Positions 10,434 to 20,400 of a DNA stretch of 64,000 nucleotides are shown one piece after another. Within the stretch, counting starts at the first letter, position 1; each line of letters starts with the position of its first letter. The stretch lies in contig OZ244587.1 of assembly GCA_965218095.1 (NCBI GenBank), forward strand, positions 5,440,001 through 5,504,000, written 5' to 3'. The position numbers were made by a program, and so were the translations under genes. The stretch is from Candidatus Poribacteria bacterium (GTDB lineage Bacteria > Poribacteria > WGA-4E > PCPOR2b). The notes under the pieces are model-generated. The model worked only from the letters and a program-made list of their open reading frames with translations. It ran no database searches and was not told the DNA's origin.

Positions 10434-11543
10434 TTAGCCCCACACCGCTCCGGCAGTTTCAACGATAACTTTCAGCTTACGCTTCTGATCTCCTACGGTG
10501 ATATGATTGCCGACGATTGAAGTCGAGAAACCACACTGCGGACTCAACGCCAACCGCTCCAGAGACACGAATTGACTTGCCTCCTTGATGCGCGCGATAA
10601 GTTCTTCCGGCGTTGCTCGGCGTGGTGTCTTCGTGGTGACCAACCCTAACACGGCGATCTTGTCATCAGGGATCTCCTTCAGCGGCTCAAACGAACCGGA
10701 GCGTTTATCGTCGTACTCAAGCAACAACCGCTGCGCATGGATGCCCTGGAAGATCGGTTTGGCAATCAGGTCATATCCGCCCTCAGTCAGCCACCGGCTG
10801 CCCTGGTTGCCGCGTCAAAGGTGAAAGCCAAACGTGACTTCTGGAAAATCGCGAATCACGGTGTTGTCCATCTCGATTCCTCGGCGCAGCCACTGATCGA
10901 GCGTCCAGCCCTGTGCCTCGTAAAAAGCCCTGGTTTTTGGATCGAGCAGCAACGGATAATGCGGTGCATCAAGTTGAATGTAAGTGGCGCCCAGGCGGGC
11001 CAGCTCGGCGACCTCCTCTCGCAAGATGTCAACCACATCCGCCAGAAAACTGTCGAGCGTGGGATAAACGGGGAGGGAGTATTCTGGTGACCAGAAGTTT
11101 GTCCACAGACTTGGGCTTGGCAGCGTGATCTTTGGTATGCGAGTCGTCCGGGCCCGCAGGTAGGTAAACTCCTCTGCTGAGAGGTGGCGCTTGCGGGTCA
11201 GTTTGCTCATAACGCCCATATTTTTAGGGCGTTCCAAGCGTCGATCTCCCACGCCCTCGTTGCCGCACCAGTCACCCCAGAGAAAGGTGTCGATGTCGTA
11301 TTCTCCGAAACCATCGACAGCTTCCGTCATCTGGCTCTGGAAGGATAACCGGCGCATTTCCCCGTCGGTGACGACTTCCAGGCCTGCTTCTTCCTGGAGC
11401 GCGATGGCTTTGTCAACCGCTTGGTCCTCGATTGCTTTGAACGCTGCTTGCGTCATACGGACCGTGGCTACATCCTCTCTCGCCTTGAGCAACTCGGGTG
11501 GACGGAGCAAACTTCCAACGACATCAGCATGTGTGTGAATCAT
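10434..11543 (-). CDS. Cobalamin-independent methionine synthase-like protein (single-barrel MetE/YxjH type) with probable selenocysteine
   Basis: ORFs 10815..11609 and 10434..10727 share a frame and are joined by one TGA in FGFHL-U-RGNQGS (canonical HxCRGN); also ADVVGSLLRP, TDGEMRR, IQLDAP, LEYDD.RSG.FEPL, LSPQCGFS; 369 aa if read through. Confidence 0.85.
10784..10805 (-). promoter_or_regulatory. SECIS-like hairpin downstream of the MetE-like UGA
   Basis: CAG-GG-CAGCC-GGU-GGCUG-A-CUG; upper stem starts 14 nt after the UGA, GU in the loop. Confidence 0.65.
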
Positions 11544-11566
11544 GATTTTTCCCCGCAAACGGTGAA

Positions 11567-11900
11567 CTATTCTTTTTCTGCTATTAATACCACATGGTCT
11601 CCAAAGCACCTCAAGAAGGGGAACACCTTAAATAATATCCAATTGATTTTTTCTAAACGTGCCCGATCGCCTGCTAAAGCACTTAGTACGGCGACGAAGC
11701 GAAATTTCTTGATTGTCAATTTCGGGAAGAACTTCTTAATGATCGAAATATCGTTTTTGTTTAATGGTCGTTCATCCGGTGTGTCGTGGTAACTGATTTG
11801 GCGCGAGAGGTTTTTAACGTCTTTTGGAATGAAATGGGTCACGATTTTGCTGTTTCTGATTCGATTGCGTACTTCCGTTTGCATGGAATCTTTAAAAATC
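11567..11900 (-). pseudogene. AT-rich orphan C-terminal gene fragment, possibly a class I methyltransferase tail
   Basis: ...HDTPDERPLNKNDISIIKKFF...FPFLRCFGDHVVLIAEK; no credible start, upstream part is a palindromic repeat. Confidence 0.3.
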
Positions 11901-12033
11901 GCGCATCCACAATGACGCCTTTGCATCTTGTATCTTGCATGAACAACGGATTCAAGATACAAGATGCAGGTATAGAAAGTGTAGTCTATACCATCTTGCG
12001 GTATATTTTGGGGACGCTCGCAGCTCTGATCGA

Positions 12034-13572
12034 TCACTCCGTTTTCAATCGAAGGCCTTTTGACACCAGTCCTCGCTCGGCGATCTCGAAAAGCCCCTGT
12101 ACCAATAGGGCAAGCCCCGCGGCTGGCACTGCGCCTTGCAGGATTAACCCAATATTGTCCAGGCGGATACCCGTGAGAATTGGCTGCCCATAGCCGCCCG
12201 CCCCGATCAGTGCCCCAAGCGTGGCAGTCCCGACGTTGATAACCGCCGATGTCTTGATGCCAGCCAGAATAGACCGTGCTGCCATCGGCAACTCCACCAA
12301 ACAGAGGCGCGCCCGCGGTGGCAGCCCTAGTGCTTCCGCAGATTCGCGTATCTGCACCGGGATGTCATGGAGCCCTGCGTAGGTGTTTCGCACGATCGGC
12401 AGCAGGCTGTAGAGGAACAGCGCGACAACCGCAGGCGGGCCGCCGATGCCCAAGAGTGGAATCATGAAAACGAGTAAGGCTAAAGAGGGGATCGTCTGGA
12501 TGATCCCCACTATTCCTAGGATGAATTGCCCAATCTGCGGGATTTTCGTTGCTAAAATGCCAAGCGGAATGGAGAGGACGATCGCCCCAAGTAGCGAAAT
12601 TGCTACTAAGAGAAGGTGTTCCTTTGTGTGCTTCACGAAACGGCTGACCATGTTTCCCTCCTGCTGCATCCTGGTCGTTAAGTTGAGGCTTGCCTCCCAG
12701 CGGTAGTCGAAGAGATCGTTTATCATTTCGATAAATTCAGATACCACAAGACTTTCCGGTTCCCGATCCAGCTTCACGCGTGCGTTCATCCGCACCATTT
12801 CTGCCTCGGAGATGCGCCCCTCTAGCTTCAACAGAGATAACACCACCTCCGGCGCCCGCTTCTGTAGGTCATCCCGGTAGAGCAGCAATGCTTTATAGGT
12901 AGGAAAGTGGTGCAGATCATCCTCCAGTCCTCGTAGGTTATAGTACTGGATTTCTGCATCAGTCGAGTACAGATCGATAGCGTGGATGGTACCGTCCTCC
13001 AGACCGCGGTAGGCGAGGTCGTGATCCATACCTCTCACATCGCGGTGTGGCAGGCTGTATCGGTCGCGCAGGCTTGGCCAGCCGTCTCCGCGGTCCATGA
13101 ACTCGTTTGAAAAACCGAGCTTCAAATCTGGGTGATTGCGCAGATCTGAGATTGTCCGAACCCCCAGTTTTTCGGCAATCTCTTCCTTCATTCCAATGAC
13201 GTAGGTGTTATTGAAACCCAAAGGAAGACTCACACGGATATCCCGATTAGCCAACGCCTTTAGGATTTCTTCCTCACTGCGTATTCCACTACCAGCCAAG
13301 ATTTCTCCACTAATTGTACCGGTGTATTCTGGATAGACATCAATTTCGCCTCCCAGCAAGGCATTCCAGAGCACCCGAGTCCCGCCGAGTTCTCGACGGT
13401 GGACGACATCAGCGCCGGCGCTTCGTGCTAAATAAGTAATCAATTCTCCCAAGATGACTGACTCGGTGAACTTTTTTGAACCGACCTTCACCTCCGGGAC
13501 ATCGCCGTTCACCGGCGGAATTAGCGCCCAGCATATCGCTGTGAGAAACAGAGTTAGCCAAAATTGCTTCAC
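12034..13572 (-). CDS. Betaine/proline-type ABC transporter, fused substrate-binding (N-term) + permease (C-term)
   Basis: VGSKKFTE, G.IDVYPEYTGT, LGFNNTY, YSTDAEI; permease QTIPSLALL, LYSLLPIVRNTY, GAGGYG. Confidence 0.92.
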   Translation of the reverse strand: MKQFWLTLFLTAICWALIPPVNGDVPEVKVGSKKFTESVILGELITYLARSAGADVVHRRELGGTRVLWNALLGGEIDVYPEYTGTISGEILAGSGIRSEEEILKALANRDIRVSLPLGFNNTYVIGMKEEIAEKLGVRTISDLRNHPDLKLGFSNEFMDRGDGWPSLRDRYSLPHRDVRGMDHDLAYRGLEDGTIHAIDLYSTDAEIQYYNLRGLEDDLHHFPTYKALLLYRDDLQKRAPEVVLSLLKLEGRISEAEMVRMNARVKLDREPESLVVSEFIEMINDLFDYRWEASLNLTTRMQQEGNMVSRFVKHTKEHLLLVAISLLGAIVLSIPLGILATKIPQIGQFILGIVGIIQTIPSLALLVFMIPLLGIGGPPAVVALFLYSLLPIVRNTYAGLHDIPVQIRESAEALGLPPRARLCLVELPMAARSILAGIKTSAVINVGTATLGALIGAGGYGQPILTGIRLDNIGLILQGAVPAAGLALLVQGLFEIAERGLVSKGLRLKTE

Positions 13573-14348
13573 GAGGAGCCTCCTTCTAACGCTTCCAGCG
13601 GACTGCGCTGGGCATTGATAAAACTGGTTACGAAGGGATCAGCAGGCGAGCGCACCAACGCTTCCAGCGTACCTTCCTGCACGATGTATCCATCACGCAG
13701 CAGCAAGATCTCGTCGCCGACGAAACCCGCCTCACCGATGTCATGCGTCACCATGACCACCGTCTTGCCGAGCGTCTGGAAGATTCCTCGGAGATCGGTC
13801 TGTAGTCCGGCGCGGATTATCGGATCCAACGCCCCCAACGGTTCATCCATCAGCAGCACATCCGGATCTAGCATAAGCGCACGCATCAAGCTTACACGCT
13901 GCTGCTGCCCACCAGAAAGTTGCGCCGGGTAACGCCCTAAGCCATCGTTCGGGAAGTGGGTCAGATCAGTAAGCTCGGTCAAACGCCCCTCAATCCGATT
14001 TTCGTCCCATTCGAGATAACGTGCCATGAGCGCAACGTTGTCTCGTGCTGTAAGGTGTGGAAAAAGCCCGCCATCCTGAATCACGTAGCCCATCTGATGC
14101 CGGAGATCAAGAACATTGTCAGGCGTCAGCTCCGTTCCTTCAAAGCGGACAGTGCCTGTATCTGGTTGGATAAGACCAATCATCAACCGCAGCAGGGTTG
14201 ACTTACCACAGCCGCTCGGGCCAATCAGCACCGTTGTTTTGCCAGACACAACGGCCAGATTCATTCGCTGAACCGCCTGTGTCTGGCCAAAGGTTTTCGA
14301 GACGCCGTTTAATTCGAGTATGTAGTTATGTTCCATGGCAACCCTCAA
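13569..14348 (-). CDS. ABC transporter ATP-binding subunit (OpuA/ProV-like)
   Basis: GPSGCGKS, GYVIQDGGLFPH, LSGGQQQRV, LLMDEPLGALDP, VTHD. Confidence 0.93.
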   Translation of the reverse strand: MRVAMEHNYILELNGVSKTFGQTQAVQRMNLAVVSGKTTVLIGPSGCGKSTLLRLMIGLIQPDTGTVRFEGTELTPDNVLDLRHQMGYVIQDGGLFPHLTARDNVALMARYLEWDENRIEGRLTELTDLTHFPNDGLGRYPAQLSGGQQQRVSLMRALMLDPDVLLMDEPLGALDPIIRAGLQTDLRGIFQTLGKTVVMVTHDIGEAGFVGDEILLLRDGYIVQEGTLEALVRSPADPFVTSFINAQRSPLEALEGGSS

Positions 14349-15349
14349 ATTGGGGTAAGCAGATTTAAAGAAAAGTAACCCCGATCATCCTGCCAGCTTT
14401 GAGCCAGGTGAAATCGAGTCTGGGAACACATCTCGATGATCTGTGCTTTGTTGTATTTGTATGAATTCTCCGTATGGATGGTCTCACCCTGTCTAAACTG
14501 GAATGTCTTATTGAGTTGACCGATATGTACCTCCTGCTCTTTTTCGCTGCGCAAGTGCATTTCTATGCGGTTTTTCTCTGCACTATAGAAAGCGAAATGA
14601 GAGAAATTCTTCACATTAAGATCACCGCCAAGCTCATGATTGATACGCCGGAGTAGATTCATATTAAACGCTGCAGTGACCTGCTGCGAATCGTCGTAAG
14701 CCGCTTCGAGGATCGGCACATCCTTCTGCATATCCGTACCGAGCAAGAAGTAATCATTACGATTCATCCCCCGGCGGATCTTACACAAAAAATCTGAGGC
14801 TTCATCGAGTTCAAAATTACCAATATTCGAACCGAGGAAAACAACCATCTTTTGCTCAAAATCTTCTTCAGCGATTCTCTGGATTCCCGCATTGTATTCG
14901 GCGACATGTGCAGTGATTCTCAGTTCAGGAAATGTCTTGAGAAGATGTTTGGCGCTTTGCACAAGCATTGATTCGGAAATATCAATTGAAAGATAGTGAA
15001 GGGCACCCTGTCGCGTAATGAGGGCTTCGATGAGCAAACCGGTCTTGCGGGAGTTCCCGCTTCCCAACTCGATGACCGACATGTTCCCTTCGGAATACCT
15101 TGCAATTTGCGGTGCGAAGCGTTGGAGGATTGAGCGCTCGGTGCGGGTGACGTAATATTCAGGCAGATTGCAAATGTCTTCAAATAACTTTGAACCGGTT
15201 TCATCGTAAAAATATCTGGGTGACAACCGTTTGGGCTGTGTGGAAAGTCCCTCAAGCACATCTTCAGCAAAATGAGACGTTGCATTGGCAGAGGAATTTA
15301 CCTTGACTGTCAGACGTACATTTAAGGATAAATCGCCGGATTGGGACAC
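14345..15349 (-). CDS. egtD: L-histidine N-alpha-trimethyltransferase (hercynine synthase)
   Basis: PK.LSPRYFYDETGSKLFE.IC.LPEYYVTRTE, ELGSG, FLGSNIGN, AAYDD...VTAAFN, IHTENSYKY; GTG start. Confidence 0.93.
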   Translation of the reverse strand: MSQSGDLSLNVRLTVKVNSSANATSHFAEDVLEGLSTQPKRLSPRYFYDETGSKLFEDICNLPEYYVTRTERSILQRFAPQIARYSEGNMSVIELGSGNSRKTGLLIEALITRQGALHYLSIDISESMLVQSAKHLLKTFPELRITAHVAEYNAGIQRIAEEDFEQKMVVFLGSNIGNFELDEASDFLCKIRRGMNRNDYFLLGTDMQKDVPILEAAYDDSQQVTAAFNMNLLRRINHELGGDLNVKNFSHFAFYSAEKNRIEMHLRSEKEQEVHIGQLNKTFQFRQGETIHTENSYKYNKAQIIEMCSQTRFHLAQSWQDDRGYFSLNLLTPI

Positions 15350-15406
15350 TGCAGAAACCTTTCTAACTGTTGTACAAAATCCAATGATTCACTTATTCCC
15401 ACTTAA

Positions 15407-15526
15407 GAGCTTATCCGGAAAGTCAGTCTTCACTTTTTTCGTTCCTGTTGGTCCCCGGATCGGGGGCTCGAACTCTCGCGCATTCTTATCTATCGGGGCC
15501 ACGCCAGGTATTTTCCGGATGGCCTC
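15407..15526. mobile_element. MITE-like element with IS5-family-like ends
   Basis: Terminal inverted repeats GAGCTTATCCGGAAA / TTTCCGGATGGCCTC (12/15), flanked by TAA on both sides. Confidence 0.55.
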
Positions 15527-16134
15527 TAAGCCTGAATTTCCGTTAATTCACATACTTTTTCACTCAGTCGTAATCTACCCATGAATAACTTCCGTGGGGA
15601 CTAGTACGGAGATTTCAGCTTAATCTTGGGATGGTTCAGAAATCGGTTATAACACGTTCAAACCGCAACAAAATGCGAGATCTCATCCTTGAGGTCGAGA
15701 GTTAATGAGAAGCAGCAAATAGAGTGAAAGGTGGTAACTTGGGTTTATATAATAGCATGGATTTGGAAAAATACAACCAAAATTTCAAATTTCATCCTGC
15801 GAACGTCATCAATTCAATCGTTGCCGATGTCATCCGATTATCGTATACAGGGTGAGTGGAGTGGTGATTTCGGGTCACTTACGACTCCACCACTCACCAA
15901 TTGAGAACATACTTCAACAATGACTATCATGTTGACTAAGACCTATGGAAATATCCCGGGATGCGTACTAGGTTCTGTTGACATTTCGCTGTCGCGAATT
16001 CGGCAAACGCTGTAATCATCGTGCGACCCGCCAAAAACCAAGACGGTTGTCCGAAATCGCCTCAAGGTGCATCAGGTCGAAGACTCTTGGAACGGAGATT
16101 GGTTCAATCCGTCAAATGTCAACAGAACCTAGAT

Positions 16135-17160
16135 TCAATCCCACGGCAGCGGAACCCCAAGCCGTTCACTCACAGCGCGCGCCGATTCCTGCTCCATTTC
16201 TCCGTAGCGGATGCCCTCATGAGAGTACATCTCAATTCGCTCTTCCTCAATGGCACCGGGAAGCAGTGCACGGTCATAGTTGGGCATCGGTTCGTAGGTT
16301 TCCCTCACGTCGCGAACCATCCGATCCACTTCAGCGCGGAAAACTGCCTCGGGGACTACAGTGCCCACATGGATGGCGAGGACCATGCCTCCCGACCGAG
16401 CCCCGCCTGTCCAACGTTCACGAACCCCCTCGTCGTCGGGAAGGGTGAATCCCGTCAGTCCACCACCCAGGAGGCTTGCGACAGCGGTATATCCCATGCT
16501 CTTGAAAAAGGCTGCGGGGATGGAGGACAGGAGTGCATCAAATTCGGAACCCCGCTGATAGTCAGCCATGATACAGGTCGCTGCGTCAAGAACCACAGAT
16601 GGCTCGTCACCAGCAGGGATGGCGAAGCAGATGGGTGGATTGCCGAAGTAGCCGAGTTGCGGTTTGGGTTTGCTTCCTGCCGCATTCCCTTGCCCTTGAG
16701 ATCCCTGGACGGAGAAGCCAACGCATCCCGCTTCCACGCACATCCGCGAGTAGTGCCCTGCCGAGCCGTAATGCCCAATGTGGCGCACAAGCCCCATGCC
16801 AAGCCCAACCTCCGTTGCTTTGGCGATGGCATGCTCGGTGGCTCGCGTCATCGGGAGATAACCGAGTGTTCCATCGCCGTCCAGGACCACGGCAGTCGGG
16901 GTTTCGTGAATGAGGCGGACGTTGGGTTGGGGATTCATATCCCCATTCTCAAAACCACTACAGTAACCGTTCACCGTCCGCGTGCCGTGACTCCGGACAC
17001 CGCGGAGATCTGAATTGACGAGCAGGCGGCTGATGAGCGCTGCGTGGTCGTGGTCTAGTCCTGCCTTCTTGAAACAGGCAGTACTGAAAGCGAGGAGACG
17101 GTCTTCCTGTATGCTAACAAAAGTTTCTGGCGGTTGATTCATGGTATGCTCCCTTGTCAT
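16135..17160 (-). CDS. Ldh_2 family oxidoreductase (malate/L-lactate/ureidoglycolate dehydrogenase type 2)
   Basis: DLRGVRSHG, LDGDGTLG, GHYGSAGHY, GNPPICFAIP, LPG..EE. Confidence 0.9.
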   Translation of the reverse strand: MTREHTMNQPPETFVSIQEDRLLAFSTACFKKAGLDHDHAALISRLLVNSDLRGVRSHGTRTVNGYCSGFENGDMNPQPNVRLIHETPTAVVLDGDGTLGYLPMTRATEHAIAKATEVGLGMGLVRHIGHYGSAGHYSRMCVEAGCVGFSVQGSQGQGNAAGSKPKPQLGYFGNPPICFAIPAGDEPSVVLDAATCIMADYQRGSEFDALLSSIPAAFFKSMGYTAVASLLGGGLTGFTLPDDEGVRERWTGGARSGGMVLAIHVGTVVPEAVFRAEVDRMVRDVRETYEPMPNYDRALLPGAIEEERIEMYSHEGIRYGEMEQESARAVSERLGVPLPWD

Positions 17161-17251
17161 TGATGATCAATGATTGATTATTGAATCTACACATGTCCAC
17201 TCACGAAGAACAGCGTAATGCGTAAAACGTGAAAATCCTATGCAGTATGTT

Positions 17252-18241
17252 TCACAGTCTAGCTTCAAGTGCCTTTAACATCGCTTTGACGTAAGCCACT
17301 GCATAAGCCGAGGCAATGCGCGGCTCCGGGTCGCCGGCATAGTTAGGCAGGCGATTGATCTGTAAGCCGCCGTCAAAGTCGACTTCCTTCAGAGTCCGAA
17401 GCACCTTGAACATGTTTGTGTCTCCATTGTCGAGGATAACTTCCATATATCCGCCCGTCGGAATCGTCCCCTGCACGTTCCGGAAATGGGTGTGGAAGAT
17501 TTTCCCCTTCGCTCCGAAATAACGAATATTCTCCAAGATGTCTACACCCGGCTCATAACAGGTGCCGATGCAATAAAGCAAACCACTGTGGTTGCTCGGC
17601 ACCGCATCCAGAATGGTAGCCCAGCGTTTCAGCGAAAATTCAGTCTCCGGCAGCGGCGGATCTGATGGATGAATGATGAGCTTCACCTCGTACTTTTCAG
17701 CGAGCGGAACAAGCTGTTGATACGTCTGCACGCAACGTTCCCAATGCTTTTCAACAGAGAATGGTTCAAGCGATTTCTCTGCGATACTCTGGTTCATCTG
17801 TTCTACATCAAACCCACCCAATGTATAACCACCTCGAAGGGGTTTGGTATATCCGCCCCGGTATCCCGGGTTGGCATCTCGGTGTTCCGGAGTTTGTGCC
17901 AGATGAACGGGCATCAACATAAACGGAATTCCTACTTGACCAGAAATCTCAAGCGACTTACACGATTCGATTGAATTCGTCAACATGCCCTAGTTCTTCC
18001 TCGCCACCCGGTTCGCCCATAAGAAACTTCTGTGGTTCGGCGGGTGCAACGCGGTAAATATTAAGCCCGGCGGCGTTGACCACTCTTTCAACTTCACCAA
18101 CTGTTCTAAATCTGAGTAGTCTTGCTCTACCAATCCGGGGACGCTTTCGGCATTATGGATGTCAAATCCATCGGCACCGATCTGCTGTGCAAACAAAATA
18201 TAATCGTTCGAAAGGTCACGTTGTCTCATTAGAATTTTCAT
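17252..18241 (-). pseudogene. Mannonate dehydratase (UxuA)-like gene, frameshifted
   Basis: Split into 83-aa (FAQQIGADG) and 244-aa ORFs (PLAEKYEVKLIIHPSDPP, KIFHTHFRNVQG, DNGDTNMF, AYAVAYVKA). Confidence 0.7.
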
Positions 18242-18482
18242 CGTGGCCTCCTCTCAATGGTGGTGTGCCAGAGAAATCAACGCATGAACCCATTTTCAAT
18301 TTTCTCACGCAACATGCATGATGCAGTAAAAAAAGTGTAGCAGAGTTCAGCTAGAAGATCAAGTCAAAAAGGATAATTTTCTGCCCTTGACCAACATTGT
18401 AATCTGTGCATATGTGGAGAATTATGGAGGCTCAGGCATCAAATCACATAACGATTATACTGAGCTTACAAAGGAGATTGCT

Positions 18483-19273
18483 ATGAGAAAATTTTCCCTC
18501 AAAGCTTATCTGCAAAACGGTTTTGAGTTTGGTTATTGTTGCAGGCTGGCTTCTGTCTGGTCAAATGACATAGGCCATCATCACATGGACCTTCGATTAC
18601 AGTGCAAACACCCCTGGCATCGGTTTCCTCGATCCTACGTTTGGAGGGGCCCGACGCGATGATTTGGAGACGGCAGTCATCAGTATGGCACTCTATTCAC
18701 CGACATGGGCAACATCACAATGGAGGTGACTTCTTCCGAGATCCGTTTGACGACACGGTGCCGTTTGAGGATGGCGGTGACCTGTTCGGAGTCTTGTCCC
18801 CGGATCCGGGACAGTGGACGCTTTTCGATTTCTTTATTGTTGCCCCCTTCTTCAACTTCATCATTGACGATTTCTTTGTCCTTGATCAGACCGCATGGGA
18901 TATGCACAGAATCGGAGGGGCAAGTCCCGACAATGGACTGTTTTTTGCCGGGCCAAATGCGGCAGCAGCCAACGGCAGAAACCCGGTAGGGTTTTATACC
19001 TCATTTTCTTTTTTTGAACCCGCGAGCAGCGTCAGCCATCTTGATGATGAAAATCCGATGCTCGCTGGGCTGTTGATGCTTGCCTTCGCGGATACAGGCC
19101 TCAGTGCGCGGCCCCTTAGCGGCATCGAAATAGGAATTTACGAGGATCTGGGTTATATACTCGTCGCACCGGAACCTTCAGTCGTACCGGAACCCTCTAC
19201 CCTACTTCTCTTTGTCGTGGGCATCCCTGGTATTATCGGCATGGGCTGGTGGCGTCGTAAGAAAGCCGCATAA
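18483..19273 (+). pseudogene. Degenerate PEP-CTERM sorting-domain protein
   Basis: C-terminus VVPEPSTLLLFVVG...WWRRKKAA; AAGGAG + ATG at 18483 but the N-terminal part is in other frames. Confidence 0.65.
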
Positions 19274-19665
19274 CAGCATCACCAACGCAGACACACAAAG
19301 CATCAAGATTTGCTCTGGATGCTTTCCTTGTGAATATAGTATCATAACGTCACGCACGCCTCGAAGAGGGTGCCGTAAAGGCGCCTTTCGGGGCGTTTTT
19401 TGTAGATTGACGCTTTGCATTGTCGTGAAGCGTAAAATGTGAGTGGTCAATGGTAAGTGGTTTGGGTCCTGACTCGACGATTCACCATTTCCTTTCCCGA
19501 AAAATGACTTGACTTTTATTCTCATATCGAATATACTGCTCCCCAGAAACAGAAAAACCTCTAAATCACCTATGTTTTGGAGGCTTTCTAATACTTCTAC
19601 TAGCGATAGTTAAATTGTTAGCGAAGCATCTCACTCAAACCAAACCATTTCATAAGGAGGATTCA

Positions 19666-20280
19666 ATGAAACTGAAGATTCTTTTCCGGTTGGCATTCGC
19701 CCTTGTAATCTGCTGCCTAACTTGGACGGTCCAGGGTCAGGGAGGCGAAAGTCAGGCCGTCCAACCGATGTACGGTGGGTTGCTGATAGACGGTTACGAT
19801 TTTAAGAAGGACATTGGTCCCAAGGGAACTATCTTATATGATAAGGAAGCAAACGAATTCCGAGGTACTTACATTGGGCTAAGGATGCCCAAGGGGCGTC
19901 GTGCAATTTTCGCGTGGCTCCACGATACAGTCAATCAAAAAAGTGAATATCTTGGCCCCGTTGGGTGGCTCAAAGTGGATACCGGCGGAAAAAGGAAGGG
20001 AAAGTTCCAAATCAAGGTTCCCAATAAGTTCAAAGGTGGGAATTTTGGGAATTATGAAATCATCGGGTTTACTTCCGAAAAAACATCGTATTTGAAGAAT
20101 GGCACGGAAGTCGTGGAGGTTCCAAAAGCGCCTTCTGGCAGCGATATTCTTGCCAAGCTGAAACCGGCCTTTTACCTATTTGCTGCCCTTCCGGGGGCGG
20201 ATACAGGCTTACATTACTGCGGTCACGGGCAGGATTTTTTTTATGCCAAAGACCTGGATAAACAATTTTGCTACGACTGA
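19666..20280 (+). CDS. Secreted hypothetical protein
   Basis: AGGAGG RBS, signal peptide MKLKILFRLAFALVICC, C-terminal YCGHG...FCYD. Confidence 0.75.
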   Translation: MKLKILFRLAFALVICCLTWTVQGQGGESQAVQPMYGGLLIDGYDFKKDIGPKGTILYDKEANEFRGTYIGLRMPKGRRAIFAWLHDTVNQKSEYLGPVGWLKVDTGGKRKGKFQIKVPNKFKGGNFGNYEIIGFTSEKTSYLKNGTEVVEVPKAPSGSDILAKLKPAFYLFAALPGADTGLHYCGHGQDFFYAKDLDKQFCYD

Positions 20281-20400
20281 CTATGCGGTCAAAAATATTC
20301 GGCCTGTAAGGCCGCTGGATTGAAAGCTCACTAGGGGTGGATAATAGTTCATTATTATTTCTATTGATCAACAAACAACTTACATCGAAAAGATTAACCA

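Noticed and set aside
15978-17013. Long plus-strand ORFs (156 and 330 aa)
   Set aside because: Antisense shadows of the Ldh_2 gene; the same applies to 33330..34280, 43973..44866, 45945..46826, 47545..48420 and 62653..63423
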